From: Guillardia theta CCMP2712
Taxonomy: Eukaryota; Protista; Cryptophyta
Reading direction: 5' to 3'
NCBI RefSeq assembly: GCF_000315625.1
Contig: NW_005434521.1
Coordinates: 54,525 to 118,524, forward strand
Length of the DNA: 64,000 nt
Of the stretch, positions 12,420 through 28,700 are shown piece by piece (positions within the stretch are counted from its first letter, which is position 1; each line of letters opens with the position of its first letter). A model generated the notes under the pieces. That model made no database searches. It saw only the letters and a program-made list of their open reading frames with translations, and was not told where the DNA came from. Made by a program: the position numbers and the translations under genes.

Positions 12420-13320
12420 ATGCCGCGGTGGTGGGGGTAGGGAAAGGGCATCGAGGGGGTGGGGTCTCTTATTCTGGATTTTACTACGTACTATGACCCC
12501 TACCCCCTAGAAGGTATGGAATCCGTTAGTAAAAAGGGGTAGCCGTGGAGGGTCGTATCCATACAAGGATCCAATTTGAGCAACAGTGGTTGAGGGGCAA
12601 GTGGGGGTAGGGGTAATCACCCCACCCCTAAATTAAAAGGGATTCCGGTTCCAGGTGAGACGTAGAGTGTACACAAGAGCTGGATGATGGAGGTGGGTGG
12701 TGGAGAGTCTGGAGAAGTAGGGGGTCAAAGTAGAGGTTTCACAGAGAAACAAAGGGGGTGGTTTGGGAAGGGGGTGGTTTCGGAACATGGAGGGGTACCA
12801 CTCCAGGTAGATGGATATGTATCAAATTGAAGGGTGGGGTAATTTTAACTACCCCCTTTCCCATACAAATCCTATGGTGAATAGGGGGTGGGGTGATCAC
12901 GGGCAACTTTGCCCCCATCTTCTCACATAGCTGTACCCCACCCCCTCGAAGGACTATAGGAATAACCCCTACCTACAGAGGTGGCTCTTGCTCGCTTCTA
13001 CAGGACATGGGGTGGTAATGTGAGGAAGAAATTGGAGGGGTGGGGTTGTGAAGATGAGGGGGTGGGGGTCATATTTGAGGGGAGGTAGTGATGATTTGTA
13101 GTGTGGGAGTACCTACCCCTGGATGATGATTTTTCTGATAAGTACCCCACCCTATAAGTCTTTTTTTTGAAATTCGCTTCATCCCCCTTCTCCAAGGGGT
13201 TTCCGGGATGGTGTACGGGGGGTTGTGGGGACCAAGAAGGGTAGGGGTGGTGAGGGCCGTGGACGTGGGGTGGGGTAAAAAGAGGGGGTATAGAGACTGG
13301 TGGGGTGGTGTAGGATTAGC
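12420..13320. promoter_or_regulatory. Divergent promoter region rich in GGGGTA/GGGTGGGG words
   Basis: Non-coding stretch between the head-to-head CEP350 and TPT genes with dense GGGGT(A/G)/TACCCC words. The same signature lies upstream of other genes. Confidence 0.5.
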
Positions 13321-13328
13321 GACAGAAG

Positions 13329-14782
13329 ATGGCGCGGACGTGGCTGGTAATGATGGCGGCAGTGGCGGTGGAGGGCTTCGGCTTCCAGCTCGGAGGGCCA
13401 GTGACCAGGCCCTCCCTGCTCTCCTCTAGGCCCTCCTGCCCTCAGGGGGTCTCATCCCTCCGCTGTGCGATCCCAAGGGCTGCTCTCCCTCAGGCTGGCA
13501 CCAGGTCTCTCGCTCTGGCTCCAAAGACTGCCGTGCAGGCCTCCTCCTCTTCCTCCTCTTCGGCTTCCAAGGGGTTCAGCATTGACTTCCAGCTCATCGC
13601 CTACTTCGCGCTCTGGTATCTCGGCAACTACTACTGTAAGGTGATGCTGCTGCTGTCGCTTGACCTGACGTGAAGGGCAGACAACATCACCAACAAGCTC
13701 GCTCTCAAGGCGGCAGGGGGGGCTGCAGGTTTCCCTCTCACTATCGCCACCCTCCAGCTTGGTGTTGGTTGCCTCTATGCTCTCTTCCTGTGGGCGGCTC
13801 CCGATGCTCGCAAGCTCCCTAGCACGACCAAGGACGACCTTGTGAAGATTGTTCCGGTAGGCTCGCAGCCGGACCCATCGGTTGAACGTGACGCCCCCTA
13901 CTCCTCTAGGTTGCTTTCTGCTCGGCGGCTGCTCATTCTTTCTCGGTTTTCGCTCTGAGTGCCGGAGCTGTGTCCTTTGGACAGATCGTGAAGGCGGCTG
14001 AGCCGGCCTTCGCTGCTCTTCTTGGTGTTACTTTGTACCAGAAGAAGGTGGGTGAAGCTATTGGCAGTGAACGCTCAGAGCAAGCGCGTGATGGTTTTCG
14101 TCAGGTCTCCAAGGGCAAGTGGCTCTGCCTCATCCCCGTCATCGGCGGTGTCGTTCTCGCATCCGTCAAGGAGTTGGACTTCGCCTGGTCCGCCCTCATC
14201 ACCGCCTGCTTGGCCAACCTCTTCGCCGCCTTCAAGGTGATCAGCCGCCATGTGCTTGAGCGAGTGGAGTGAAGGTCTCGCAGGGACAAGAGAACCAGAA
14301 GTTGATGACTACCCCGGGAATCAAGGACAGGCTCGGCAACGTCGGCAATCAGTTCGCCATCACCATGATCCTCTCGTTCCTCATCTCCCTCCCTGTCATG
14401 ATCCTCAAGGAGGGCAGCAAGTGGGGTGAGTTCTGCACTATCTGGGCCACCAACCCAGTCGTCTCCTTCAACCTCATCGCCTCCGGCCTGTGGTTCTACG
14501 GATACAATGAGCTCGCCACCATGACCATCAAGAAGACCAACGCTGTCACTCAGTCCGTTGCCAACACCGCCAAGCGTGTCATCGTCATCATCGGTGTTGC
14601 TATCGTGCTCCAGGAGAGCTTGGATCCCATCAAGCTCCTTGTAATTCTCTTCCTCTTCCTCTCCTCTCCCGTGACTTGAATCGCAGGGCTGCGCCATTGG
14701 CATCGGAGGTGTCTTCCTCTACTCCGTCATCGACATGATCTTCCCCCCCAAGGACAGCAAGCAGGTTTCTGCTGGCAAGTAA
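13329..14782 (+). CDS. TPT: Plastid triose-phosphate/phosphate translocator family protein with bipartite targeting sequence
   Basis: Signal peptide MARTWLVMMAAVAVEG|F and Ser-rich transit peptide. Motifs YFALWYLGNYYYNITNK, GAVSFGQIVKAAEPAF, YGYNELA and VTQSVANTAKRVIVI. Short GT-AG introns; ends ...VSAGK*. Confidence 0.93.
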
Positions 14783-14980
14783 GCTGGGGTTTTCGTTGGT
14801 AAGAGAGCAGGGAAACAGTTTTCACTTCATTAAACTCGCTGGCGGAATTTTTGGGGCCCCACAACAGGAAAAAAGAGGCGAGGAGAGGAAAGAAAAGCGC
14901 AGGATCGCAGCGTAACAAAGAGTGAGGAGGGGAGGAGCGGGTCTCTCTGACTGAAGCTTCGGACGCTTATGTCTTTGACC

Positions 14981-17127
14981 TCACATTGGGTAGACTGGAA
15001 ACCTCTGGCAGAGAAGCTTCACGTGCTCCCTCACCTCCTCCTCCACGTCCTGCCCACATCTCAGTTCCGAATGCTACTCCACCTCTCCTGCTCTCAAACA
15101 TTTCGAGCTCCTACGTCTCCTCTCATCCTTCCTCCCACCTTGCCCTCGTCCTCCCTCACCTTATTCCCCTCTGGTCCGTTGGCCGCTAGTCCATCAAGAA
15201 CCCGCACGATCAGCTGCCCGACCTGCACGAGCCTCTCATCCACCGTCGCCTCCCTCAACCTACCTCGTACCAGCGACATCTCTTGGGAGCCCATCCCCCT
15301 TGACGTCAGGGTCGGTGTCCCCAGGCGGATGCCGGAGGTGACCTGCGGGGAGTGAGCGGAGGAGGAAGGCCAACGTCATGTACGAAAGGTTTCTCGGGGT
15401 CGAAAGGAATCGCGTTCTTGTTGCAGGTGATGCCTGCTCGCTCTAGGCTCGCCTCAGCCACCTGACCAAGGCAGTCACAGCGAGCAACGAGAGGGGAGGA
15501 GGAGGAGGTGGGAGTGTTGGTGCGCGAGGTGGTGGTGCCGGGGGTGGTGGTTGAGATTGAGGAGGTTGAGAAGAGTAGAAGATGTCATGGTTGATGCTGC
15601 TGCTTCTGCTGTTGCTGTTGACGATGAGGTGGTAATGATAATGATGCTGAGAAGGAGATGGAGAAGAAGGATGAACAGCAAGAGTACAAGACCTTTCCAG
15701 TGAGACCTTTAGGCCTCAAGTCAACGAGGATGAGGTGTGAATCAGTTCCTCCGGAGACCATCTTCAGCCCTCCCTCCTCGAGCTCTTTCGCTAGAGTCTT
15801 GGCGTTCCTCACGACGGCATGCGCATACTGGCGGAAAGAAGGCTTGAGCGCCTCACGGAAGGAGACGGCCTGGGAGGTAGAAGCTCAGGTCAAGCAAGCA
15901 AGACGGCAGCGGGTCAACCTTGGCAGCGATGACGTGCATGAGAGGCCCCCCCTGTAGCCCCGGGAAGACAGCAGAGTTGATCTTCTTGCCGAGCTCCTCG
16001 TCGTTGGAGAGGATGAGGCCTCCTCGCGGCCCTCGCAGCACCTTGTGGGTCGTGCTGGTGACTACATGGGCGTGAGGGAAGGGGGAGGGGTACGAGCCGC
16101 CTGCAACCAGCCCAGCGAAGTGAGCCATGTCGACGAGGAGGACAGCACCGACAGCGTCAGCGATCTCTCTGAACCTCTTGAAGTCGATGATGCGCGCGTA
16201 TGCCGAACCTCCTGCGATGATCAGCTTCGGCTTGTGCGTCTTTGCCAGCTGCTCGACCTCCTGGTAGTCGATCAGGTTTGTGTCCTCCCTTACCCCGTAC
16301 TGCACGGCTTTGAACCACTTTCCCGACAGGTTCGGACCAGCTCCATGCGTCAAGTGCCCGCCCGCTGCTAGCGACATCCCCAGCACGACATCACCTGGCT
16401 CGAGCAGCGCGAGCATCACCGCCTGGTTCGCTTGCGCACCCGAGTGCGGCTGAACGTTGGCCCAGCAGCACTGGAACAGCTCCTTGGCTCGCTGCTGCGC
16501 CAGCGTCTCGACGCCGTCGACATGCTCGCAGCCCCCGTAGTAGCGCTTGCCCGGGTAGCCCTCCGCGTACTTGTTGGTCAGCACAGAGCCCTGGGCCTCC
16601 AGCACCGCCTGCGACACGACGTTCTCCGACGCAATCATCTGCAGCTTGTCGCTCTGCCTCTCCCGCTCCTTCTGCACGCATGCGAACACGTCAGGGTCTG
16701 CCTCTGCTAGTCCTGCATGGAAGAACCCGACGGGCGGATACTCCTCATCCTTCAGCCCGTCATCCCCCAGTAGCTCTCCGGCTGCCTGGAGGTCGCTACC
16801 TTGCACGATGAGGGGATCGTCTCGCTGCGTCGTGCGGTAGAAGAAGCCGGTCTCTCCCTCCTCCAGCCGAATGTCTCGCCATGGCCGGTGCCCTCCTCTC
16901 AGTCGCCCTGCCTGCTGCTGCCCTTTGAGCGCTTTCAGTCCTGCAAGCGAGAAACCACCCATGGCGAAGGCAAGGGCTGAGCCGAGACATTCGAGGAGGA
17001 GGAGGAGTGATAAGCAAGACACAGCAGACAAACAGACTGAGCGTTCTCGTCTCCTCTTCAGCTCTTCTCTTCTTCTCCCCTCCCTCTCTTCGCTCTTCCT
17101 CCTCTCCTTTCCTCTTTCTACCGCCAT
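14981..17127 (-). CDS. glyA: Serine hydroxymethyltransferase, bacterial (alphaproteobacteria-like) type, with N-terminal targeting extension
   Basis: [58 protein letters not shown] (PLP lysine), [32 protein letters not shown]; ends RFPVYPM*. Confidence 0.97.
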
Positions 17128-17349
17128 CGTCGGCCTCCCTTGGGCGTTTGCTTCGTCCACCCTACCCCCTGGGGAAACTGCCTTTCAACCACCCCCAGGT
17201 TCAACCTCAAATGGTATTATACCCCACATTTTCCCATTTTCTTTCCCTACATGTACCGGGTACAAACATGACCCGACCCGTCTTTCTACTCCTTCCTCCT
17301 TATGACCCTCTTGCCGTCCGCCTCAGCCCTCGCACTTTGTGGGAAGCGC

Positions 17350-17388
17350 AGGAGGAGGAGGAGGAGGAGGAGGAGGAGGAGGAGGAGG

Positions 17389-17458
<70 letters not shown>

Positions 17459-17512
17459 GGAGGAGGAGGAGGAGGAGGAGGAGGAGGAGGAGGAGGAGGA
17501 GGAGGAGGAGGA
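17350..17512. repeat. Compound microsatellite (GAG)n-(GAT)n-(GAG)n
   Basis: Directly visible between the transporter 3' end and the SHMT promoter. Confidence 0.97.
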
Positions 17513-17581
17513 TGCAGGGGTAGTAGTAGCATTCAGGGTTGAGAGGGAATGAAGGACGAGGAAGCAGGGTGGAAGAGGACT

Positions 17582-19494
17582 TCAGTTGTTGTGCTTTATT
17601 CTCTTGCCCTCTCGCACATTCACCCACGAGTAGAGCACAAGGCTCAACATGGCTGCGCTCCCTCCCATCATCTGCCGCGCCGAGATCCTCTCATGCAGCA
17701 ACACCGCGCTCAACACGGTCAGCCCTGCTGTCTTGGCCTGTCATGGTACGTGAGCCCTGCTCCCTCGCCTCTCCTCCCCTCCCTTCACGTCTCTTCTCAT
17801 CTCTCTCCTCCCTGTGCCTGTCTCACCCAACTTCTCTTCTCCCTCTCGTCCCCTCCCTCTCTTATCTGTCCTCCCCTCGCCCCTCCAGCATCTCTTCCTC
17901 CCTCCTCAACTCATTATCGACCATCACCTGCCCCATGAGCGCGTGGCTCAATGCCGATGTTGTTCCCACAGCGATTCCTTGCGACCACGTGACCTGCCCC
18001 GCCAGTGATTTCCTTCCTTTCTCCTCTCGCACCCTACCAGAAAGGCGGCCATGCCCGTCGACAGGAATAAAATCATCCCGCCACTCCCTAAACCTCCTTC
18101 CTCCACCTGCGACACGCTCGTGCTCCAGAGCTCACGTCCTCCTCCTCTCACCGGCTTCACGAACACGGAGAGCGAACGATACTCGCCGAGCACAGCGACC
18201 AGGATCAGCTGCAGAGCCGCGCTCCTGCTCGGAAGTTGAGGGGAGGAGGGAAGGAGAAGGAGAGGAGGAAGAGAGCAAGATGAGGGTGAGGAATAGGTAG
18301 GTGTGAGGACAGCAGGAGATCGAGGAGGAGGGAGGAGGAGGAGCGAACCATGGCATGACTTCCAGCAGGAGCTGAGCAGGGGTCCATCCCTGCCTTACCA
18401 AGGAGGCAGTTTTCATCTATCCCCACTCATCATCTCGCGTTGGCCCGTTGGTCAACCATCACCTTCAACGTCGACGACAGCATCACAGCAGCCATCGCCC
18501 ACAGCACCTTCACGTCCTCGTCAGCCTCCTCTCCTCTTCTCACAGGTCGTTACCCCCCAGGAGATCGTCAGCCCGTCCTCGATCTCCGCGAACCCGACTC
18601 CAGTAACTATCCCGGAGAGGAAAACGAACCGAAGGATCGACATGCTCCTAACGCCCAGCACGACTTCAGCTGCCGCTACCACCTGCCGCTTGTCACTTGA
18701 TGGCGCTCAAGTCAAGCCAACTGCACAGGAGTCTGCAGGAGCTTGAAGAGCTGATAGGTCGCGGTGCTGTTGTGGTAAAGACTCTTGTTGGACGCGATTG
18801 GCGCGAGCGCGACAACAAGGACAACTATGAGCATGTCTGCGAGGTTTCCCTGCTAGCTGGTCAGGGGCGATGGAAGGATAACTGCAGCACCTTGGTGAAA
18901 CGCTTTCTTTCCAGCATCCCGGCTCGCATGCACAACCTTAAGAAGAGTAAGTGTTAACCAGGACAAGCATCAGGTAAGGACCAGAACAAGAAGGAAGAAA
19001 AAATATTATGGTAGCAGCAAAGAGTTGTCTGCAGCTGCTTCATCCCTTTGTACTGGTTGAACAACGCCTTGTTGAGCGAGATGATCGCAAGTCCCGCGCT
19101 GAAGTTGAAGGCCAGGCTCATCAACTGCCATTCACGTTCACCAGCGCTTAACCCCCTACTCCCTCTCCCATTCCAACCTCAAGGATGCGCAGCGAGTGGT
19201 CAGAGACTGACCCTGGGATCGATCCCGGTGCGCAAAGAGCTCTCAAGTAGTCCCAAGACTCGAACTGCGCGGGATCCTCCTCCCTGTCATAATGAGAAGA
19301 ATGAGACGAGAAGAATTAGCGCCATGATTGATCCTGGAGTCGCTACTCGCATCCAACTGCTACTGTCTCTCGTCTACACCACTCTTCCTCACCCTCAATC
19401 TCTCTATTTCGCCTCATGGTCAGTCAGGGTTGTCTTGTGAACCCCTTTTGCTCCATCCGTCGATAGCTCCAAGTTCGATATCGATTTCGTTCAT
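17582..19494 (-). CDS. SLC35E-like nucleotide-sugar/TPT-family transporter, multi-exon; not captured by the ORF track; start uncertain
   Basis: Minus-strand exons read by hand: LAFNFSAGLAIISLNKALF, APIASNKSLYHNSTATYQLFKLLQTP, FLSGIVTGVGFAEI, WTPAQLLLEVMPW, TTSALSHALMGQ-AKTAGLTVLSAVLLHE...LSLVLYSWVN...HNN*. These match the SLC35E3/TPT pattern. Confidence 0.82.
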
Positions 19495-20699
19495 GACAGA
19501 AACATACTACAGCTCTTCCTTCAAGTAGATACAAGTCGGAAACGACATCAAGCAATCATCTCAGCATATCATTATCTCAGGTTGAAATGAATCTTCTCTC
19601 CTCACTTGTCGCCCTACTTGTCTTATGAATGACTTTCCACTCCCTTGAATTTTTTCTTCTCTCCAGATTTTCCTCCGCTCCCTTTCTTGCTCTCAGCTTT
19701 CTTCTCATATCCTGTTGTATGGTCGCCAACTCCAAGTGTCTCTTTTTTGTCTCTGAGTTCTATGGTATCTCATTTGCCTTTCCCTTCTCCCAGAAATGTA
19801 TACTTCTCCCTACATATCCCCTTCCTTTTCTACGTTCTCCCTTGCTATTCCTCTCGCTTCTCTGACTCGTGTTCGACGATTCCTTCTGCTCCTCTCTTAA
19901 TTTCCCTCATAAAAACTTTTTGTGTTGTTTGGTTTTTGTTTCCTTCTGCTCCTCTCCTGTTTCTTTTCTTCGCCTTGAAAATTATTTCTTCGGTCTGCTG
20001 TCCTCTTCATCATCATGTTGTCATCATGTAATCATCATTTCATCATCTCTTCTTCTCTTTCTCCTCTCTTCTTGTTATTCTTCTTCTCTTCTTCTCTTCT
20101 TCTCTTCTCCTTCCTCACCTCTTCTTGCCGCTTGTTCGCCGCGATGGGCTTCGACCGCGTGTGCCCGCCATGGTATCCGATGATAACCAGGGGTAATAAG
20201 GCCAGGGGTAAGGGGTGATCTACTGGAAAAGGAGGGGTAGTGTGCCGTCAGGGTGGGACCGTGGAATTTGATGGTAAGGGTCATCGAATCATACTCATAT
20301 TGGTGGGTACTTATGGTAAAAGTAGGGGGTCATATTGACAATGAGGGGTAGGGTGTGTATTGGACTACGACCAACTTGAGTTCAGTTGTGTTCCTGTAAC
20401 GCTTTTGTAACGCCTGGGAGGCTTCGAGGCTAGCGGCCCGTCGAACTCAAAACTGAGTCTCCCGGCCCGGCCCGGGCCCGGCCGTACCGACTACTCGAAG
20501 TGACTCAGTGAAGTGCTTCTACTAGGGTACGACCGTAGTCTGATGAGGCGAGAGAGAGCGCGGGGCCGCACGGTGAATTGTAGTAGTGAGAAGAGAAAGA
20601 AAGGAGAGATTTACTCGAAGAGATGGCGATTGATGGCGATGAAATGGCGAATGAAAGCGAAACCTGAGGAGGAGAGTCGACAAGACAGCGAAAGAGGAG

Positions 20700-24525
<3,826 letters not shown>

Positions 24526-25703
24526 CCTGGCTGAAAGTCTTTTCTGCCTTGATGTGTTGCAACCCTCCTCCTCTGTTGACAAGAGCAGCCTCCTCCTCTT
24601 CAGCTCAGTCTCTGGCTCTTTCTCTCTCTCTCTCCTTCACCCTCTCTGCTGCTCCTCTTCCTCTTCCCTTCTCGCCTCGACTCCTCATGTCCTCCCTGCC
24701 ATCTCCGCAAATATTTTCTCCTACTTTACTCAACTGGTAGGCAAGCACCTTGAAGAAACCCGCCCCAGAGTCTTCACACTAAGAAAGATCCAAGGCAGCT
24801 CTTATCTCCTACTCACAACGGACTCGGAGATCACACTGACGGGCGGCCGGGCGGCGGCTCAGCCTCCGAGCCGGACTCCGGGAGGCTGGCTAGAGAAGTT
24901 GAACTTTGGCTTGTCCTGCCAATGCGTGCGGCCATTCGTGATATCTATTACCACTGCTACAGAAACTTGCAGTCGGTGCTATCACTGTCTACTTCGGGTG
25001 TCATTGCCACTGTGTCACCGTCTGTGGAGAGAAGGTTACTGGGAACTTCAACATTCGGAACCGTCGGCGGGGCCCGGTCCGACCGTCGGGCCGCCGGGCC
25101 GCCGGGGCTCAGCCCGACTGTCGGAGCCTGCCTCCTCGGAGCCGCTGGACTGAGCCTCGGTGTCACTCTCCTGGCAGCCCTGACGCGGCGCCGGGCCCGG
25201 CCCGCGGCCGGGCCGGGGCCACCGGGACCCGGGCGTGATGGCGTGATCGTGACCGTACGGCAGTTTGATCCGATAGGCTCAGGGCATGCCTTGGCTCAGT
25301 CACGGCAACACGGGCCAGGCCCGCGCGGTGAGTGATCGGACGGTCCGACCGGGTCACGGTGCCACGGTACCCGGCCGTCATTCACAGCGGCTGCAGTGCC
25401 GTGACTGGCAGGGTCCGGGCACGCCACGGTCCGACATCATAGTGCTGCAGTGCCGCCCCGCCGCCGGGTCCGCCGGGGCGGCGGCGCCGCCGCTCAGTCG
25501 GGAAGCATAGCCTAGCCTAGCGTGCGGCAGTGCGGCAGTGCCATGAATCGGAGTCGGGGGGGGCCGGTCACTGAGCTCATGAAGTGATAATTTTAGTTAT
25601 CGACTTGACATGCCACTGACTGAGTTGTGCGAGCTGCCAGCGAAGGCTGAGGCAGAGGAGGAGGCGGCGGCGCCTTCGAAGGATCCAGCGGCAGCAGGAT
25701 GCG

Positions 25704-28700
25704 TCAGGGAAGCGTGGCGATGCCGTATAGCTCGAAACCCTGCTGAGAGTTCAGAACGAGGAGGGAGAGGAACTTGGACTCGNNNNNNNNNNNNNNNNNN
25801 NNNNNNNNNNNNNNNNNNNNNNNNNNNNNNNNNNNNNNNNNNNNNNNNNNNNNNNNNNNNNNNNNNNNNNNNNNNNNNNNNNNNNNNNNNNNNNNNNNNN
25901 NGGAGGGAGGGAGTGAGAGTGTGACCTGTATCATCCATGAGAGAGAGTGATGGGGGTAGACTTCCTGCGAGGTCTCTGAGGCCAGCAGGAGGAAGCAGTT
26001 GTCGTTCTCCTGCAGGAACAGACGTCACTGCCTCCTCCTCCTCCCCGCCTCCGCACGCACATGTACGTCCAGCTTCTTCCACTTCGCTCCGTCATCGACG
26101 CTGTCCGATCCCTCCAGGACCCATCCTGTCATGCAGCGGCCCTTCCCTCCTCCGTTGCGGAGCGTGTAGTAGGTGGGGCGGAGGAGGACGCCCTGGTCCT
26201 TGGGGTCGAGGTCGATGATAAACCATCCGTCGTTGAACGCGAACGTGTCGCACATCACCGATCGCTCTAGCACGTCGTCCTTGCTCGCCTGGATCTGCCG
26301 CACCCCGTTCATGGCCGACACCCCCTTCAGCCCGCAGATGATGCGGCACAACCCGCTCTTGGTCGGGTTCTGCCAGCTGCTCCTCCCCGCGGCCCCGAAC
26401 CTGTAGAGGAGGCCGTTGGTGTCTCCGTTCATGAAGAACTGGAACTGGATGGACTGCATTACCCCGGAGGTCGTCTTCTTCACCGACCGCACGCTCCTCA
26501 GCTCCGCGTCCTTGAGCTCCATCTCCCTCGTCAGTGTCTTCACGTCTCTGTCCTTCTGCACCATCATCGCCCTCACTCCCTCCACCTCCCCTCGCAGCCG
26601 GTCGATCTCCCGCTCCCGCGAGAACTTCTGGTACTTGAGCCGGTCGACCTCCCGCTCGAGCTCCCCAGCCTCTCCTGCTTCTGCTTCTGCTGCTCCTCTG
26701 CCGTCTAACTTGAGGCTACTTGCTCGCTCCTTGATGTACGCCTTCCCCACAGGAACCAGTGCGTACTCCTTCTCTCCCGCCTGCTCGCCCTTGCTCAGCG
26801 GCTTCCTCGGCACCAGCTCCAGCCCGGTGGCTGCGGAGGGTCCAACCTTGTCCTCCTGCTCCCCATTTTCCCCTCCCTCCCCGTTGGCAACAGACCTGGA
26901 GGACAGGGAGAGGTTTCGCTGGCGCAGAGAGCGGCATTCCTCCTCTCGCTCGGCCAGCAGGGACCTCAGCTCGTCAAGGTTCTCCAGCACAGAGCTCAGC
27001 TGCTGCTTGCTCGTCACCCTGAGGGACTCCAACTGGGACTTGTGCTCCTCCATCTGGAGCTCCTTGTCCGCGATCTCCTCGTACAGCTGCTCGATCTGCT
27101 TCTCCTTCTCCACCAGCAGCTTCTTCGCCTCCTCCACGCTCCTCAGCGCCAGCGAGCTCTCCTCCTGCCCCGAGGAGACCAGGTCGGCGCTGATGTGTGT
27201 GGAGGTAGGGGGGACTTTTCTGTGCGGGGAGGAGGAGGAGGCCTTCAGCTCGAGCAGCTGCTCTTTCAGCGTCTTGTTCTCATTGATCGTCGCCTGCAGC
27301 TGCAGCTGCATCTGACTCTTCTCCTGCTGCATCCTGCTCAGGTGCTTCTCGAAGTTCGCTCGCTCCTCCTGGAGCCTCCGGTCTTGCCTCGCGAGCTCCT
27401 GCAACGACGAGGGGAAAGCAGCAAAGACGTCAGTGGGGCAGGGCAGGGCAGGGCAGGGCAGGGCAGACCTGCGGATCGTCTGCGTCTCTCTGCTTGTTGG
27501 CGATCGTTTGCTGCAAGGCGATCAAGTGACGTTCTTGCTCGATCTTGTCCTGCGTCAAGCTCTCCACCAGCTGCTCCAGCTGCCCGACCTTAGTCGAGAG
27601 CCGCTGGACCTCCTTCTCCTCCTGCCTCAACGACGACCTGCGCATGGGGGAAGGCGAGGAAGGAATCGGCTCCTCGGGCCCGATGTAGTCGGCGCGGGGA
27701 GGAGGAGGCAGCCCGTGCGAGGACTTGACGAGAGGCCTGAGGAGTTCGATGAACTCTTGAGCTGACCGGATTCGCTTCCTTGGGTCCTTCACCAGCGCCT
27801 GCTCGACCACGTTCTTCAAGGAGCTCGAGGCTCGACCGTTGGCGTGCTGGACAAGATCGCGCGGCTGCTTCGTCCTGATCTCATGCACGATCACCTCCAA
27901 CGAGTCCCCGAGCTTGGCGAAGGGCAGAGTGCCTGCTCCCATAGTAAAATGAGTAGGGAGTAGGGAGGAGTGACTAGCGAGAGAAGGAGGAAGAGGAGGA
28001 AGAAGCGCAGGAGGAGGAGGACGCAGAGGGAGGCAGGACCTGTCAGGCAGTGGAAGATCATGACACCGACGGCCCACAGGTCAAGGTTGGAGGAGATCTT
28101 AGAGCCCGAGTAAGTCTGCTCGGGAGCGAAGTACATGGGAGTCCCGACGACGTTCTCGCCCGTCAGCAGCGACTCGTCGTCAAGCTGCTTCGCCAGCCCC
28201 AGGTCGATGAGCTTGACCTGATTTGTGAACCTGAAGGCCCTTTGAGAAGGAGGGAGAGAGGGAGGGAAAGGATGCTGAGGAGGAGCATGAGACGAGGAGA
28301 AGGTTGGGGCGGGGGGCTGTGGAGGAGGGGAAGGAGGGGAAAGGAGGAGGAGAGGAGGGGAAGAAGAAGAGGAGGGGAGAACGTTCTCAGCCTCACTTTG
28401 CGATCATGATGTTGGCTGGCTTCAGGTCGCGATGGACGATGCCTTGGGCATGACAAGCTTGCAGGGCCTGTAGGACCCCGATGGCCGTGAGGACGGTGAA
28501 GTCATGCTCCAGCTGCTTGTGCTTGTCGATGAGCTGCTGCAGGTCGCTGCGGGGACAGTCATCCCTCGAGCCCGCGGAGAGGGAGGGAAGGGAGGAGAAG
28601 CTACCTTCCATGGATGACCTCCATGGCAATGAAGAGCGTTCCGTCGACTTGCTCGGCAGCATCGAAGTAGTCGACGACGTTGGGATGCTTCACCTTTGAC

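Noticed and set aside
17007-17627. ORFs with poly-E/D/M/H/L tracts
   Set aside because: Translations of a trinucleotide microsatellite; the same applies to ORFs at 43436-43727, 59907-60435 and 61835-62201.
17539-19440. Plus-strand ORFs (253, 129, 147, 130 aa)
   Set aside because: Antisense shadows of the minus-strand SLC35E-like transporter.
24830-25600. Pro/Gly/Arg-rich ORFs or a MITE in the GC-rich block
   Set aside because: No coding bias, terminal inverted repeats or target-site duplication identified; treated as an intergenic word-rich block.
26416-27315. 299-aa Ser-rich plus-strand ORF
   Set aside because: Antisense shadow of the Glu/Leu-rich coiled-coil exon.
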